The position numbers were made by a program, and so were the translations under genes. From Trichosphaerium sp. ATCC 40318 (taxonomy: Eukaryota > Protista > Tubulinea): a stretch of DNA of 64,000 bases. The stretch covers positions 1-64,000 of the forward strand of contig JALMLS010000455.1 in assembly GCA_038496445.1 (NCBI GenBank). Reading direction: 5' to 3'. Below the pieces are notes generated by a model that did no database searches, was not told the DNA's origin, and saw nothing but the letters and a program-made list of their open reading frames with translations. Shown one piece after another: positions 10,261 through 24,634 of this stretch (positions are counted from its first letter, which is position 1; each line of letters begins with the position of its first letter).

Positions 10261-11201
10261 ATGTCCACAAAGTTTCAAGATGCGCTAGACACACTGAAGG
10301 CGTTGTACGACTCGAAAACAAATGATGCGTTGCAACAACTAACAAAACAGAACAACAAGTACGTACGTATGTTTACCAGCTCATATTGATCGATGTTCTT
10401 CCCTTCTTTACCTGTAAAATAACTGACATAAGTTTAAAAAGGTTAAAACTCGAGCTAGCTCGAGCTTCAGACTTGCTTGAACGTTACCAAGCAGAATTAA
10501 AACAAGAACGTGCAGATAAGAAGATATTACTGGACAAGTTGAGCGAAATCAAGAAAAAGCACAGCGATGCGGCTTCCATACGCCCAGCGAAAAAATCCCC
10601 AACGCTTCACAAAACTAAAAAGCGCAAATTATCACGTTCTTCATATTTACCAACCGCAAGTACCGCGAAAAAGCCCAAAGTAGCGAAGCAACAACAAGAA
10701 ATAAGTACAACGGTTGATTTCGGCATTGACAGCTGTCCTGATGACGACGTGCCTTATACACAAACAAAGATAGAGTTGCCTACTACCGAAGATGGTAACC
10801 TCAGCCAGAACAAGGTCGCAGTTGATCTCACAAGTTCTGACGATGAAAGTGAGAGCAAACAAAAACCTATGCACGTTGCTCTTTTTTTACTTTTCTTTCA
10901 ACGAGCAAAATTATCTAGATCAATCAAGATCCCGTGGCTCACTTTGTCTTATAGCTCAAAGAAGAAATCGTTCGCCTATCTAGATGTAGTGCGCAAAAAG
11001 GCCGAACGAGAGACGCTCAAAGGCAGGGATTGCCTTCAATGTGCCGCTTTTTACAAAGCACTTGAAGGGCACGTGACATCTGAAGCAAGAGCCGCGATGA
11101 TACAGAAATGCAGCAAGCACAGGGATCGTTTTACACCGCCAAGCACGCCACCAGGATACTGGGATACTGGATTTCCAGACGAATCACAGAGCTTTGGATA
11201 G
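10261..11201 (+). CDS. RBBP8: CtIP/SAE2/COM1-like DNA end-resection protein
   Basis: N-terminal coiled coil; C-terminal VVRKKAERETLKGRDCLQC...CSKHRDRFTPPSTPPGYW (CxxC, RHR-like motif and CDK T-P site of the SAE2 domain). Confidence 0.85.
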
Positions 11202-11664
11202 ACTAATCAAATAGCGCAAACATTGTAAATTATTGTATTGTACATAAAAACCTGCACTCTACATATTGAGAACTGACAATTATTTGGATAAACGACGTAG
11301 TTTTTACATCACAACATAATCAGTTTTAGTGTTATGCATGATACAGTAAAAACAGGAAAACAAATAAGACGCAAAAGTTTTTTTTATTCAATCTCCAAAA
11401 TTTTGCAAGCACATCCATTAATAATTGCGATTTTGACTGATTTCCGAACAATGGCAGCGAGAAAAAATCCTAGTTATACGACAAATCGCCACGCATTTTT
11501 GTTGTTCGCAAGTCAATGTCAAAAGCACTATTCTTTCTTTCATGTGTTTTTTTTTTTTTTTTTTTTGGGAGCGATCATAGCAGGTTTCCTTGCCTGCACT
11601 ATTTGAAGAAACTGCAATGATCAACCGTTTGCAATGAAAGAAAGAATTGCATAGCACAGAGTGT

Positions 11665-12374
11665 TTACTCTTGCACTTCCACCAACTCGTACTCAACGCT
11701 TGATTTGTTTTGTGACAAGTTGACATCAAATGAAGCAGGCTCTTCCATTTTTGTAATTTTACCCCATTTGTCAACCCACAAGCGCATAAAGCCCTCATAC
11801 ATTTCGATCTTTGCGTTTCTGACCTCAATGGTGTTGCCAGGTACTACAGCGGTGATCTGTTCTGAAACTAAAAGTTAATACACAAAGTAACAAAGAAAAA
11901 AAAAATAAAAGAAAATACCATTTCTGGCGGTGAGGATGATGCTTGCGGTGTTATCACCGACTATGGCTTCAGCAATCTTTACCGTTGTTCCATCGCGACG
12001 TGTTTTATCGACTACAACTTCGCAGCTGTGTACCTTCAGTACAAGGTTTTCGCCTTTTGAACCTGGATTCAAATCGTTGCAAGTGATAACTGCGTTTTAG
12101 AATAAGTATAAACAAAATACGGCCGCTTTTTGAGGGTAAGGCGCTTTATCAAACGCCATTAGCGTATTACGTACATTCTGCCTCTTTCTTTTGATAATTT
12201 GTATTTCTTGAGCCCTTTTTTGAGCGTTTGTTTGTCTGACCCTCGTCTAATTAATGAAGTAAGCTCGTGTTGAAAATTATAACCAAATAACACTTCTTTC
12301 TCAAGTATTAGGCGGGTAGCTGTTTTTTTTTGTACGCAGAAAAAAGGTACTGTACCTGCTCTTGTTTCTGCCAT
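11665..12374 (-). CDS. Small OB-fold ssDNA/RNA-binding protein (At4g28440/SOSS-B-like)
   Basis: Spliced MAETRADEGQ...FITCNDLNPGSKGENLVLKV...KIAEAIVGDNTASIILTARNEQ...VRNAKIEMYEGFMRLWVDKWGKI...SSVEYELVEVQE*. Confidence 0.85.
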
Positions 12375-12639
12375 AGCTACTTGTGTATAATTACGTGATG
12401 CGTTTACTGATCAAGACTCAACCTAATCGCTATGAAGTCATGGCAACTGACGTATGGTTGTAGCTACACAAGTAACTTGCAGTAACTTCAACCAACCTAC
12501 GAGTATTTTTGAAAAGGCACAATACAGGTAAAGTGCCACTGTATGTTACAGGCGAAACGGAAAGAAGTGGTGGAGATAATATAGAGGTGACAGCGCTTTT
12601 ATGTGTTCGCAGATACATGTTTTTTATGTTGCTACAATT

Positions 12640-14641
12640 TTAAATCATTGAAAGACTTTGCAGCTAGTGTTCGCACTCTTCACATTTTGGACGTGAACTC
12701 GTACATTTTCATTGCTTGGCGCACTCCCAAGTCTAAAAAAACCCCGTGATTAACACGTGCTACACAAATACTTTTCATTATGTACCCAACATGATTTCTT
12801 CGGAGCCACCAGGAATTGCAAAACCTCTTACTTCTCTGTAAAGTCTTTCTACTCTGGATCCTTGGCCAGTTCTAGTATAGCCAAGTCCTTCAAGTAGTTA
12901 GTCGAAGACAACAATCTAACTCAACATACCGCCAAATATTTGCGTTGCTTCACGAGCGCAGAATTCAAATGTCTGCGTCGCCTGTGCTTTGAGCAGTGCT
13001 AGAGGTCCACCTAGTAGGAGACGTTGTTCTTTCGGAGACATGACCTCTAGTGATCGCGGTTAGAATGATTTTAATTCAAAGTAATACTAGCGCACTGCAT
13101 TGGTACACCAAATCATTCAACCACGATTGAGTGGCTTCAATTCTTCTTATCATATGACCCAACTTGTTTCTTATTACGCCATGATCAACAAGTCGCTTAC
13201 CAAATGTCTTACGCTTGTGGGCATACTTGAAGGCGTCTTCGTAGCATACTCTTGAAAATCTCACACATCCAACAATGATTCCTGATGGTCAAGTAATCAA
13301 TACCGCGCCATATAAATTCCATCCACTTACCCAATCGTTCTTGATTAAAGTTGTACATAATGCACTTAAATCCTTTGTTTTCTTCACCAATAATATGCTC
13401 GACAGGTACTTTCACATCTTCTAGAGTGACTAAAAAGAAAACGGAACAGTAAGCAATGGTGGAAATAGTTACAAATTCAATGCATACTGAAAGTAGTGCC
13501 AGAGCACCATAGACCTTGGCATGACATTTGGCGAGTAGATACGCCAGGCATAGTTCTTTCGATTAGAAGGAGCGAGATTCCACGCATGCCTTCTCCACCT
13601 GTGCGTACAGCAACAGTAAAATAATCACAAAATACTCCGTTGGTGATCCACTTCTTTGTGCCATTGACAATGTAATGCTTGCCCTACAAAAACCAATCAG
13701 ACAAAAAGCGCATGACATAAAAAATGGGATTATTGAAAATCCCACAAACTCACATCAGCAGTTTTCTTCGCAGTGGTTTGGATTTGAGCAACGTCTGAGC
13801 CAGCGCTAAATACACGTGGTAAGTTTATCTGCTTCGTTTCTTTAAATAAAACTATTGCCATTTAAAGGAAGTGCTTTACAAGCTATAACGCACGTTGGCT
13901 CAGTAATCGCTAGACATATAGCCTTGCGACCTTTCAAGCAGTCGGTGACCACTTTGTCCTTCAAAAATTTGCTACCGAAGTGCATGATTGGAGGGAGCGC
14001 AATAGCAAGCCCTGTCCTATTGGTGAAATGTAAATTAATTTGCTGACATTTTTGTTAAAATGAGAAACGCCCTACATAATACCAGCAGTGACGCCACCAG
14101 AGCCACATCGGCTCAACTCGTCCCCAATGATAACCATGTGAAAAATGTCCCACTCTTCTGGAGTGACACCACCAAAAATTTCTCTGCCTGCATACTCTGT
14201 AGGCCAAGGTGGGCCAACAACTCCTAACAAATTTTTTTTTTCAGAAATTTGGTTCACACTCAATTTTGACGCTACCTGCGAGCCAGTTTGCGTCTCCTGC
14301 CTTGCGTAGCATGGATATTGGCACAGGTTTACCGCTTTCTTCCCATTCTTGTATAAAAGGGTCAATGTGTTCGTCCATCCAAGCGCGCATCGCTTTGCTA
14401 GCGTCGTATTTGTTAGCGCAACGGTAAAATAGCAAGTTTAGTAAGTGTACCGAAAACGGCGATGAGATTCGGTGTAATCGCGAGTTTTGAATCCTTGGTA
14501 CCAACTAGGGTCTCCATAAGGTACCTTGGGGGTTTTGGGTTAATCTAAAATAAAGGGATTGACACGCGTCTACTGTGTCTTAGTATGGTAAATGTTACGC
14601 ACCAAGTCACCAAATACGTTAGGGTTCATCAGTGCTTCCAT
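12640..14641 (-). CDS. Acyl-CoA dehydrogenase
   Basis: LAITEP.AGSDV, YIVNGTKKWITNG, GEENKGFKCIMYNFNQERL, RKTFGKRLVDHGVIR, ATQIFGGLGY, IPGGSEEIM. Confidence 0.95.
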
Positions 14642-14720
14642 CGTTGGCCTCTGAGTGTGGTGTGAAACTTAAATATCCGCGAAATAATTTGACTGTCATT
14701 GTACAGAGTTTTATTGAGAG

Positions 14721-17704
14721 ATGAACATCTTAAACTCGCTCTCTACTTACATTTGGGGTGGTGAAGGGCAGGGCGGAGCTCCTCAGATTCTCGTTCAGCT
14801 ACAAGGGAAATTCTACGATAATAAAGGACCTAAAGGGAGTTGGAGATGCTTGTACGTACCTGTTGGTAGCCCAAACTTTGAATTTCCCTCTCTTTTTTTT
14901 TCTCTTTAACTGTTACGATTACTGAGCATTAAAGTGTATTGAATCTCACTGGCTTACTAGAGTAATGCACGCAACAGCGAGTGTTCATAGAACCTCACAA
15001 TTTGTCTGCACTTTACAAGTTGTTCCTAACGAGGCAGAAGAGGGTAGGGATCACACAAAAACATCCTCGTTTGTTAAAAATTGCGTAGGTGACGAAAGTG
15101 TTGATGTGAAAACAACAATTGAGCCATCGCTTTCTCTTGCAAGGGTTGATGGACCTTGCGGTCCTGGTATCGCGTTTAATACTCCTCAGGGTACACGTAT
15201 GATTGAGTACGAGGTACGTCACCAAAACAGTAAATAGGGTTTCTGGATTTCTTTTTTTGTATTGCTTTCTCATTTCAACTAATATTTTTTCTTTGATTGT
15301 GGTTGGTTTTCTTACTTTCTGATAGGAAAACAATAAACTTGGCGAGCTCTTTATCAATCTACTGTGTCGGTGCACATACGAATACGTGAATAAGAGACCA
15401 GCAGAAGATGCAGTAGCGGATGAAGACTTTGACGTATACTGCACAGATGGCATCGAAGGTACCACGGAAAACACAATAGAACCTGTAGATGAGGAGGACG
15501 TTGTTGCTCCAGCCCAAACAAAAGCTACATTTAGTGTACCAGGCTCGGTATGTGGAAAGAGCCAAATTGTTTTTATAATCTAGTTGACATTTGCGGTTAA
15601 CATCTAACTCATTTTATTAAAAGGTTGTTTTAAACACTCCTGGAGATCTCTACATCTATAATGAAGAGGCAGAACAATTCAATAGTGTTGAGACCCATGT
15701 TATCATCACTATAACGGATGTGTCAACTCCTGAGAGAAAGTACGACTGTACGGTACTCTGTTCCCTTTTTTGGGTTTTTTTTTTGTCATCTAGAACTGTT
15801 TGTTTTGACATTTTTACCAGATGCGCTTTATCTGCACAAGGCAGGGGAAGAAATTATCGGGCAAGAATTGGCAAATAACATGCATCCAAACTTTGCGGCT
15901 GATTCTTCAGCGTTTAATTGGATAACGCTGGGCGATGAGATGCTCACATGGCGGTTTGTATTTCCAAGCCAAAGGGATCAAATTGCATTTAAGGAAGTGT
16001 TCCTCGCAAAGCTGTGGGAGGCTGGAGCAAAGAAGGAGTTTGGCAAGATCAAAAAAGAAGATGCTGACTGGGTCCTTGGCGCATATGAGGATGATGTCGA
16101 TATGGGCGATGATGACGGTCTTACAGATGACGTATGTGCTACCTTATTTACACAAAGGTTTTTTTATGAACCACAATAAGCTCTAATAAGACACAGGATA
16201 TGATGGACTTTTCCGATGAAGAAGACGAAGATTTTGAGTACTCCATTTGTAACCAATCCTATATCGTCTTACACACGCAATAGCTATGATGAAAACACTG
16301 AAAAGAACACGTTGCTCGCAGTTGGACAAGCCTCTGATCGCGCTTTTGTTGCACGCGGTTCCAAACTCGGTGTGTTTTCAGTTGGTGACAGTCTCGATTA
16401 TAAAACAACCATAGAAAACGTAGTGACGCCACAAAAAGTAACCACAATCAAATTGGGTTTACATACTTATACTTTCTTGCTATAGGTTCAATTCAGGCCG
16501 AAGGATATGATGCTTCACAAACAAGACACTGATATGTTATTCCTGCATCCTACAGAACGCAAATCAGTCTTTAGAATGGATCTGACAAGAGGAGATGTGG
16601 TAGACGAGTGGAAAACAGATGGCCAAGTACGAATACACTAAAGATATCTTATTAAAGTAACGCCAACAAAAATAGGTGATATCCACAATTGTGCCGGAAT
16701 CCAAGTTTGCTCAAAGTTCAGATACGCAAACTCTAGTGGGTATAAACAACACTGGATTTTTTGTGCTTGATCCACGTGTTCCTGGCTCAAAGGTTGTAAA
16801 GTCCCGCAAGTACGTGCTATCTAACAAACATATTTATGAGCCTAATAATTATTGTATAGTTTCCAGTATGCCAGAAACCCCAAATTTGCTTGTGCTTCTA
16901 CTACTGAACAAGGACACTTGGCAGTTGGATCCTCTACAGGCGAAATTCGTCTCTTCAGCAATAAATCAATGCAAGGCGATTCATTCTCGAGACATGAAGC
17001 CCGCCTAGGTGGTGGCATAACTAAAGCACCAAGAGCAAAAACGAGTCTTCCAGGTTGTGGTGGTATGAGCGGTTGTAAAGGTTTATTTGATTTAATCCCA
17101 TTTGTAGATCCCATCGTTGGAATTGACGTTACTTCTGATGGCTCCTGGATACTTGCTACTTGCCAGACATATCTATTGATTGTACCAGCTGAACTCGCAA
17201 ACGGTCAATCAGGCTTCACTCGGGGAATGGGAAAAAACAAAGTAAGCAACTTTGTGGCTGTTAAAGGTTTTTACAAAACTAACTTGTTGTGGCGTAGCCA
17301 ATTCCAAGACGATTGCAGCTAAAGAGAGAACATATAGCCATGATGGGAGGACACGTATCATTTACCCCTGCAAAGTTTAACATTGGCCAAATGGGTGAAC
17401 GTTCTATAGTCACTTCTACAGGTTCGGTTAAGACCTTATTCTCCAACTTGTAAACTCACTGTGCATTCAACAGGAAAATTTGTAATCACTTGGAACTTTA
17501 GAAAAGTGAAACAAAACGTGCTGGACCAATATCAGGTACTGTACATATGCGCATGAACCAATAGCTTAACTTGTATCGTAGATTAAAAAATATCAACAGG
17601 AAGTTGTTGCAGATCACTTCAAATCTTGGCAAGATAGAGATGTTGTCGTCGCAATGCCAGACGATGTGAGACTTGCTAAACGCCACAAGGTACTAATCAA
17701 ATAA
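14721..17704 (+). CDS. VID27: VID27/CYPRO4-like vacuolar import and degradation protein
   Basis: C-terminal [15 protein letters not shown]...[32 protein letters not shown]...[10 protein letters not shown]...[12 protein letters not shown]; PH-like middle region. Confidence 0.88.
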
Positions 17705-18298
17705 TGGATAACAGTCTAACTCGTACAACAGGGCGTTGTAAAAAACTGGGATTAACCAGTGCGATCTATCTTGTTTTGTAGCATACCTTTCCCTCTTTTT
17801 TTCTTTTTTTTGTTGAATAAAAAAACCCTTGTAGATTGTATAACAGCATAATTTGAACAGTTTTGCCGCATTCTTATGTGCTCTCAATGCGTTTAAAACT
17901 ATTTGTAGTATGTCACATAACATTTATGGTATAGTAAAGTAGTGAATCCCTAGCGCGATCTGTTTGTTTTTGTCGCGCAATGGAATAACAGTTTTGAAAA
18001 AAAAACAAAAAAAACTACACAACGTATCATAGACAGAAAACTGCGCAACCGAAATTTTATGCCATGCGTGGAGCTGCAAAGTGTTCAGAAGAACTGAAAC
18101 GTGGATTCACCAAATAACAACACAGCATGGAAATCTAAGACGCTAATCACGTGTGCGCGCCATCAATACGTTTTTAACGCTTTTTGCGTTTCAGCTCGAA
18201 TCACAAACGTAACGTTATTTGCTGATGGACTTTGGGTAGCAAAACACAAAGCTAGATTAGTGCCCAAACTTTCAAATTCACCTACAAAGCACAACACA

Positions 18299-19830
18299 AT
18301 GGGTGGTTGCCATCCCAATGCCCAAACCAAGCGGTCACGCGAGATTACCAGAGAACAGGCAAAGGCAAAGCGTAAATTTGACAAGGAAGTGAGATTGCTT
18401 CTTCTCGGCACGTTTTTTAGTTCAAAAGTATACCCAAAAACAAAAAAAAACATTGTCTAACAGATATAAATGCAGGGCCAGGAGAGTCAGGTAAATCAAC
18501 TTTTTTTAAGCAGATGAAGATTATCCAAAACGCCGGAAAGTACCCTGAATCCGAACGCAAGCGATACGACAACGCAATATTCGCAAATTGTATAACAGAA
18601 ATGAGAGTTTTAGTACAAGAGTCAATACGACTCAAAATTGCTCTAGAGCCTAAAAATGAGGTAGGCGCACCTGTGGCTTCTAAACGAAACAAATTCGATC
18701 TTGCTTGTCTTTTTTTTTGGTTGTTTTTTTTTACTTTTTTGTTTACAAATATGTATCTGTAGGATAGCGCACGTGCCCTTCTTCGTATGCCAGCTGCATG
18801 CGACTCTTGGTCGGTACAAGTTGCGCAAATTATAAAAAGATTATGGGCCGACAAAGGGATAAAGAAGGTTTATGATAAACGAGATATAGAATTTCAATTG
18901 AACGACAGCGCTTCTTAGTGCGTTTTAATTTTTATCTTTCTGCTGAACTTCATAGCTCCAAAATTAACACAATTATGTAGCTTCTTTGACAATATTGATC
19001 GATACATGGCAGACGATTTTATTCCAACAATACACGATATTTTGAGGTACGTGACTTCCGAGATTTACAAACTTCAAAAAAAAAAATTTATCACGTGATT
19101 TATTTTCTAAACGTCTATCCAAAGGACGCGTGTTCGTACAACTGGTATAGAAGAGGCTCAATTTCAAATTGAAGATTTTAAATTCAGGCTTGTTGATGTT
19201 GGCGGCCAGAGATGCGAAAGGCGAAAGTGGATACATTGTTTTGAAGGCTCAGTGATAACAGCTATTATATTTTGCGCCGGCCTTAGCGAGTACGACCAGG
19301 TACACTTGATCTTATTAAAATAGATTTTGAATACTCACTTATTTCTTTTAAGTTTTTAAGAGAAAACACAACTGTTAATCGTATGCACGAATCCCTCAAG
19401 CTGTTCACCGAGTTATCCAACAGTGCTTGGTTCGCCAAGACGCCTTTTATCATCTTTCTAAACAAGTTGGATTTATTCAAAGAAAAGATAAAGAAGGTGG
19501 ACATGACAGGCTGCTTCCCTGGTTACACTGGTACGTGCAAAATTAAGCATGCACCATACACGTGCTAATATGTTCCCAAGGTGGAAAAAACTTTGAAAAG
19601 GCTGCTGCGTTCATAAAGGCGAGATTTATAGAGCGAAACCACTCGCCACATAATATCTACACCCATTTAACTTGTGCACTTGACACGCGAAATGTTAGAG
19701 TTATATTCTCGGTACGCACACTACTTAAAGTAAACAGCATCATGTTTACTTATCTTTTTTGCAATAGGTCGTAAAAGAAACCGTTATCAACAACATAATT
19801 AACTCTACGTTCGCTTGGGATGACCTATAA
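18299..19830 (+). CDS. Heterotrimeric G-protein alpha subunit
   Basis: MGGC lipidation start, [43 protein letters not shown]. Confidence 0.97.
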
Positions 19831-19904
19831 ATGTAGCATAAAAAAAAATTGTACTTTAAAAAAAATTATGCGGCTCCTGCTTTTGTATATTTACGTTATT
19901 GTTT

Positions 19905-20945
19905 TTAATTTGTATCTACAGCAAACCCAGTTATATCTGGAAATTCAGCACGCTTCAACACGATATCCAAGCATGCTTTTTCTGTTTTTTTGACGCTTGA
20001 AAGCATCACTGACATTTTCTTTTTCATCTCCTTCTCGTGCGTGTCGGGCAGCGCAAAAAACCCTAAAAACCAATGTTAGTTCAAGCAAGGATTCTACTAA
20101 TCACGTGCCGAAATACACCCTTTGTAAAAATTCCTTAATCTTCTTGCACTCATCGAAATGTCCCTTTGTTGTCCCATTGATACACATGCGCATCATTTCA
20201 CCTGTTAAATCTGTAATACCCAACAAGTAGTCTTCAATATTAATTGTAAATGTAAGCTACAACATCAATTCAATAAGTGCGGTTGGTCAATATTTTAGGC
20301 GTACTTTAGGAGGAGCATTTTCTTGCTTCTTTGCAAAGTGATCTGTCAAATTTTTATTGGCTTGTTCGAAAGAGAGCAATGTGCCAGTAGTGAGGAAGTG
20401 CAAATATGATACAGCCTCAACGTATTCCTGCAAGCCACCTGAAAAGTTGCGCCTGTACCTGTAGCATTTTGTTGAATGAGATGACAAGCTCTCCAATTTA
20501 GAACGTTACACCCGTACCGCCAATAAGGTTGTCCATGAAGCTCTACAGCCACTGAATGAATGAGATCATGAATACTGGATAATGAGCCACTAGATACTCG
20601 TTTTGATATCTCCTCTGGCGTCTTCCAACACACTCTATAATTGTCGAGGGTAAGTTGGTTGTGTAGCAAATAGCTTACAATAAATACCTGTGTAAATCGA
20701 AAATTAGCCGTTTACTGGCCTTGGTAATATCTCTACTGAGTTGTAATAGTCTGTCGCGCCTGTCATTCTAAAAACCGTTCAAATCCGCCTAATGTGACAT
20801 CATTCTGTACCTTATCATCGTAGGCTGCTGAAATTACTTGAAACAACTCTTTGACGGGGTTATCCTTCTCTTTGGTGCCATCAGGCTCTACCTTCTGCTT
20901 GGTGTTTCTACCGCCTGTGTCCATGGAATGTCCTTTCCTTTTCAT
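19905..20945 (-). CDS. TSNAX: Translin-associated factor X (TRAX)
   Basis: DRRDRLLQLSRDITKASKRLIFDLHR, FSGGLQEYVEAVSY, DYLLGITDLTGEMMR, SVKKTEKAC. Confidence 0.9.
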
Positions 20946-21050
20946 GAGCTTGCAGTGTATTTTGGCGACTTTAAGGCAACAACATCTAAATTTCAGTCGT
21001 TAACGAGTATTTCTACCCTACATCACCAAGGTGGGCGATCGAGTGCACTT

Positions 21051-21586
21051 ATGGAAGTATGTTCTCAAGACGAAGGGCAAACAATTGAGTATCTCAGAAA
21101 AAAAGCTGCTCAAGAACTCTCCGACGCAGATAAAAATGGATTCATGAGGTAAAAATCAGTTTTACGCATTACACTAGAAAAACGCCGCAAATTCGCTTTT
21201 AAGCAATATAATGTCTCTCCTCTTACTAATGCATATTGTAGAGAGCAAACCTTGCAGTTTTGGCGTGATTGTATAGGATGTCGTGTCAGTGTACAAATGC
21301 TACTTGGGTACGCCATTTCTAACCTAATTAGCAGTGTTACATCAGGTTGTAACATCTTGTCTAATCTCTTTGCTTTTTCACAGTTCTTACTTCAGCTAGC
21401 ACCGCAGTGTCGGGCGTACTGAAGGCCTGTGATGCCAAACAACAGTTTCTACTAGTAGAGGGCCTACAAACACCCATGTGGAAATACAAAAATGCTGTAT
21501 TGCGAATGGAAGACATTGTGTACTTGGAGGTACTACCAGAAGAGGACAAGTGTGAGGAATTGGAAGATGGTGAGATAAGCGAGTAA
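21051..21586 (+). CDS. GEMIN7: Gemin7-like SMN-complex Sm-fold protein
   Basis: Spliced ...FMREQTLQFW...GVLKACDAKQQFLLVEGLQTPMWKYKNAVLRMEDIV matches the Gemin7 signature (LQTP...A.LR..DI). Confidence 0.7.
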
Positions 21587-21656
21587 TTCTCAGTTATAGC
21601 ACCATGTACAGTAGTAAAGAATAAGAATGTCACAGTATTCAAGGAAATTGTTTTTT

Positions 21657-24130
21657 AGTGTTTTTTTTTTTCTTTTTTCCATTATCTGTTTCTTTGTCGT
21701 CTCTTTTTTCGGTTTCGCTTGGCTGTTGCCCGTTGATTCGATAAAGCATTGAACTCATCAGATGAAGAAGAGTCAAAATCAGCTTCTGACAAGGCTAAAA
21801 TAACACGTGAGATTTCAAAAAAAGGCGAAAAACCTGCAGTAATTACCTTGTGCAGTTGGAGCTTCTCTCAGCGTGTGATCATCATCTTCATCATCAGATT
21901 CTACTGGTTGTTTATCTTCTGTGCTTGTCTCTGCATCAACAATCTGGTCCATAGAGCCAATTGTTGCATCTGGTAAGAAATACAACACAACGCGTCCATT
22001 AACACAATCTTTGAGAATTTCAGTAGCTGCCCGATAAGACATTGGCCTTCCTGACCTAGGTGCCATGTATCCACTATTGATACATTAGAAAAATATAAAT
22101 CAGTAGGATCCAGGCGTTACCGTTTAATAGCATAGCCATCACAGACATCAAAGGCTGACCACTGTTTGGCATCATCACCATTTGGATGTTTTATGCCATA
22201 AATCTTTTGTACATTTACGCGTTCAGCAAGATATTGTATAGCTCTAAAGAGTGTCATTGAACATGTCTTTCAACAAATACGTACGTGTAGGGTTCTCGGA
22301 CTTGGGCAATTGGGAAAATGCCGAGCAATATTTGAAGAGCCTTTGGCATGTCAATAGCTGGGAACACAAGACCTGGACAATCACAAAGCTGTAGATTCTC
22401 ATCAAGGAATACTAAAAACAAGAATTAATAAAAACCAAGGGCATAGATCAACTAGCATACTCGTTTGCTTCCACTTTGTGTGACCTGGTGTATTCGATGT
22501 ACTCACAACTTTCCTTCCTTTCAGAGCGTTGATCTACACATGTGTCAAAATCATGTTATGCACGGAAGTCGCATTAATTTCATACGTACCAAAGTACTCT
22601 TTCCAACATTAGGGTGTCCAATCAATCCAACTGTAAGGAATTTATCTTCTTCCCTGTAGTTTGTAAATACAGTAATCCTTTAAAGTTACGCAGAATACGA
22701 GTTATACCTTATTGTGTAATGGTTTTCATTCTTTGCTTCATGCATAGCCTTCTTGTAGTTGCCCACTACTTTAGAATCTTCTTTTTCTTCGTCACTATCT
22801 TCGAGTCCTCCTTGAGGAGCTGGTGTATATGATTTCTCTTGGAATTTCTTCATTCTGACATTTCCAGGCACCTGATATGTTACGGGAACTACTCGTCCCC
22901 GTTTTTCCAACTTTAGAGATTCAATGATTTGGAGAAGTGCTTGCGCGCCAACAGGAGCGTAGTGGTGCCTCCTCACAGTACGCTTCTTATCAGCTTGAAA
23001 ACCTTGCTCTTGTTGGTATGATGCAAGCGGTACGACGTGTGTTTTGGGGAATTTCCGCTTGAAGTAATCTCTCCATAGTGGAATATTCTTTGGAGGTACA
23101 AGGTCCGCCTTTGTGAGAACAACAATCAACGGTTTTTTGTGATCTTCTGTAATGTAGTGATACAGCGCTGGTGGAAAGTGAAACGTCGGGTGACGCATGT
23201 CGCATAGAACAAGCAACACATCAGATATCTCGCACACGCGCCACAGTTGGCGCCAAACCTACAAAAACCAGGTTAAGTTGTACTCACCAAAGATAGCAAG
23301 CGATCAAGAAAAAAAAAACCCGAGAAAATAATGACACTTTTATCATAACCTCAACGGAGATTTCATTTTGCGAATATGCCTTGCGTTGGGCTCACTAGTT
23401 TAAAAATAATAAAACAAAACTATTTTTACGTTTTCTGAATTCTGTACCACAACAAAGCTACAATTTGAGAATATAATTGTAACATATACAGCCAAGATAC
23501 GTAATTTAATGCGAGAAAGCAATTTGTACGTACTTCAAGGTTATGTTCAAAAAAATTTGTCCTAGCGTCTCCATACTTCTCGTGTATATCGTTCAAGTAC
23601 TTATTGAAGTAGCGCTCTTCGTTTGATTCTAGCTGATGCTTTGACATTTCGCGCGTCCACGGCGGCCTTTTTGGTATGTCTATCAGCGTAGCGTAGTACT
23701 CTGTGTCCGCAGTTACGGTGCCATACTTGGGTTTAAATGGTTCGCGGGCTTTAGCCTTACGCCGATCAATTTCAGCTCTAGGCTCTACGTAGAGTAATTT
23801 AATACCTCGTACACAACGCAAATCGCTTTTTCATTAGCCTTACCTTTAGCAAAGACAGTTGTCAATCTACGCGTGTTGTTATCCTTAGCACTTCCGCCAA
23901 CCGTTTTCTTGGAGTATGTGGGTGTGTTATCAACTTCTACATCGTCACCTGTTTCAATAACAAAATTTTAAACGAAATACCAACCATCTAACCAATACTA
24001 CAAAAACCAAATTGTATGCGTGTAATGTACCATCGGCGGCAGCAGCGGCGTTTCTTTTGCGTTGCCTGCGCTCTTGAAGTTGTTTCTTCTTTTGCTTGTG
24101 AGAGAAAGGCTTTTTCCTGTGCCTACTCAT
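21657..24130 (-). CDS. GNL1: GNL1-like circularly permuted GTPase
   Basis: MSRHRKKPFSHKQKKKQLQ, FFEHNLEVWRQLWRVCEISD, TKAD, GHPNVGKS, TPGHTK, DCPGLVFP. The stop position is uncertain because of a homopolymer. Confidence 0.93.
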
Positions 24131-24634
24131 ATTACAAGGGTTCAATAGGTACGGAGAGCAATATTGAATGAAATAAAAGTCCAAGGAACGGTTTTTTTCT
24201 TCAAACGGGAGTTTGGCCGTCAATTTGCCGTGTTTTCATATGCAAAAACTTGTCGTTATATTAAGTTTATACCTCAAATTAAACCCAAAAGCCAACAGTA
24301 GCTCTCTCGCTCTGCGTAGTAATTCACCGACATTGGTTATAATTTGTTACGGTCTCTAAAGGCGACGGTAGGACTTCGGTATGTAGAACTCGCCCTTTTG
24401 TCGCTGAAATACGCTCGATCCCTTGCGAACGCAAGCGCTTTGCTTGTTTTCCTCGTTTTGCCGGCTTTTCCTTGGCGAAAAACGCCGTCGTTCAAATCTA
24501 CCGCCGGGCGAGCTAAAACAGGAGAACTAGTTCTTCCACAGCGTTTTGCTTCGTAACAGATGTATTCCCATGGCCGTTCCGAAACTTTGACATACCCATA
24601 GGACGATCTGGTGTAACTTAAAAATTGAAACAAA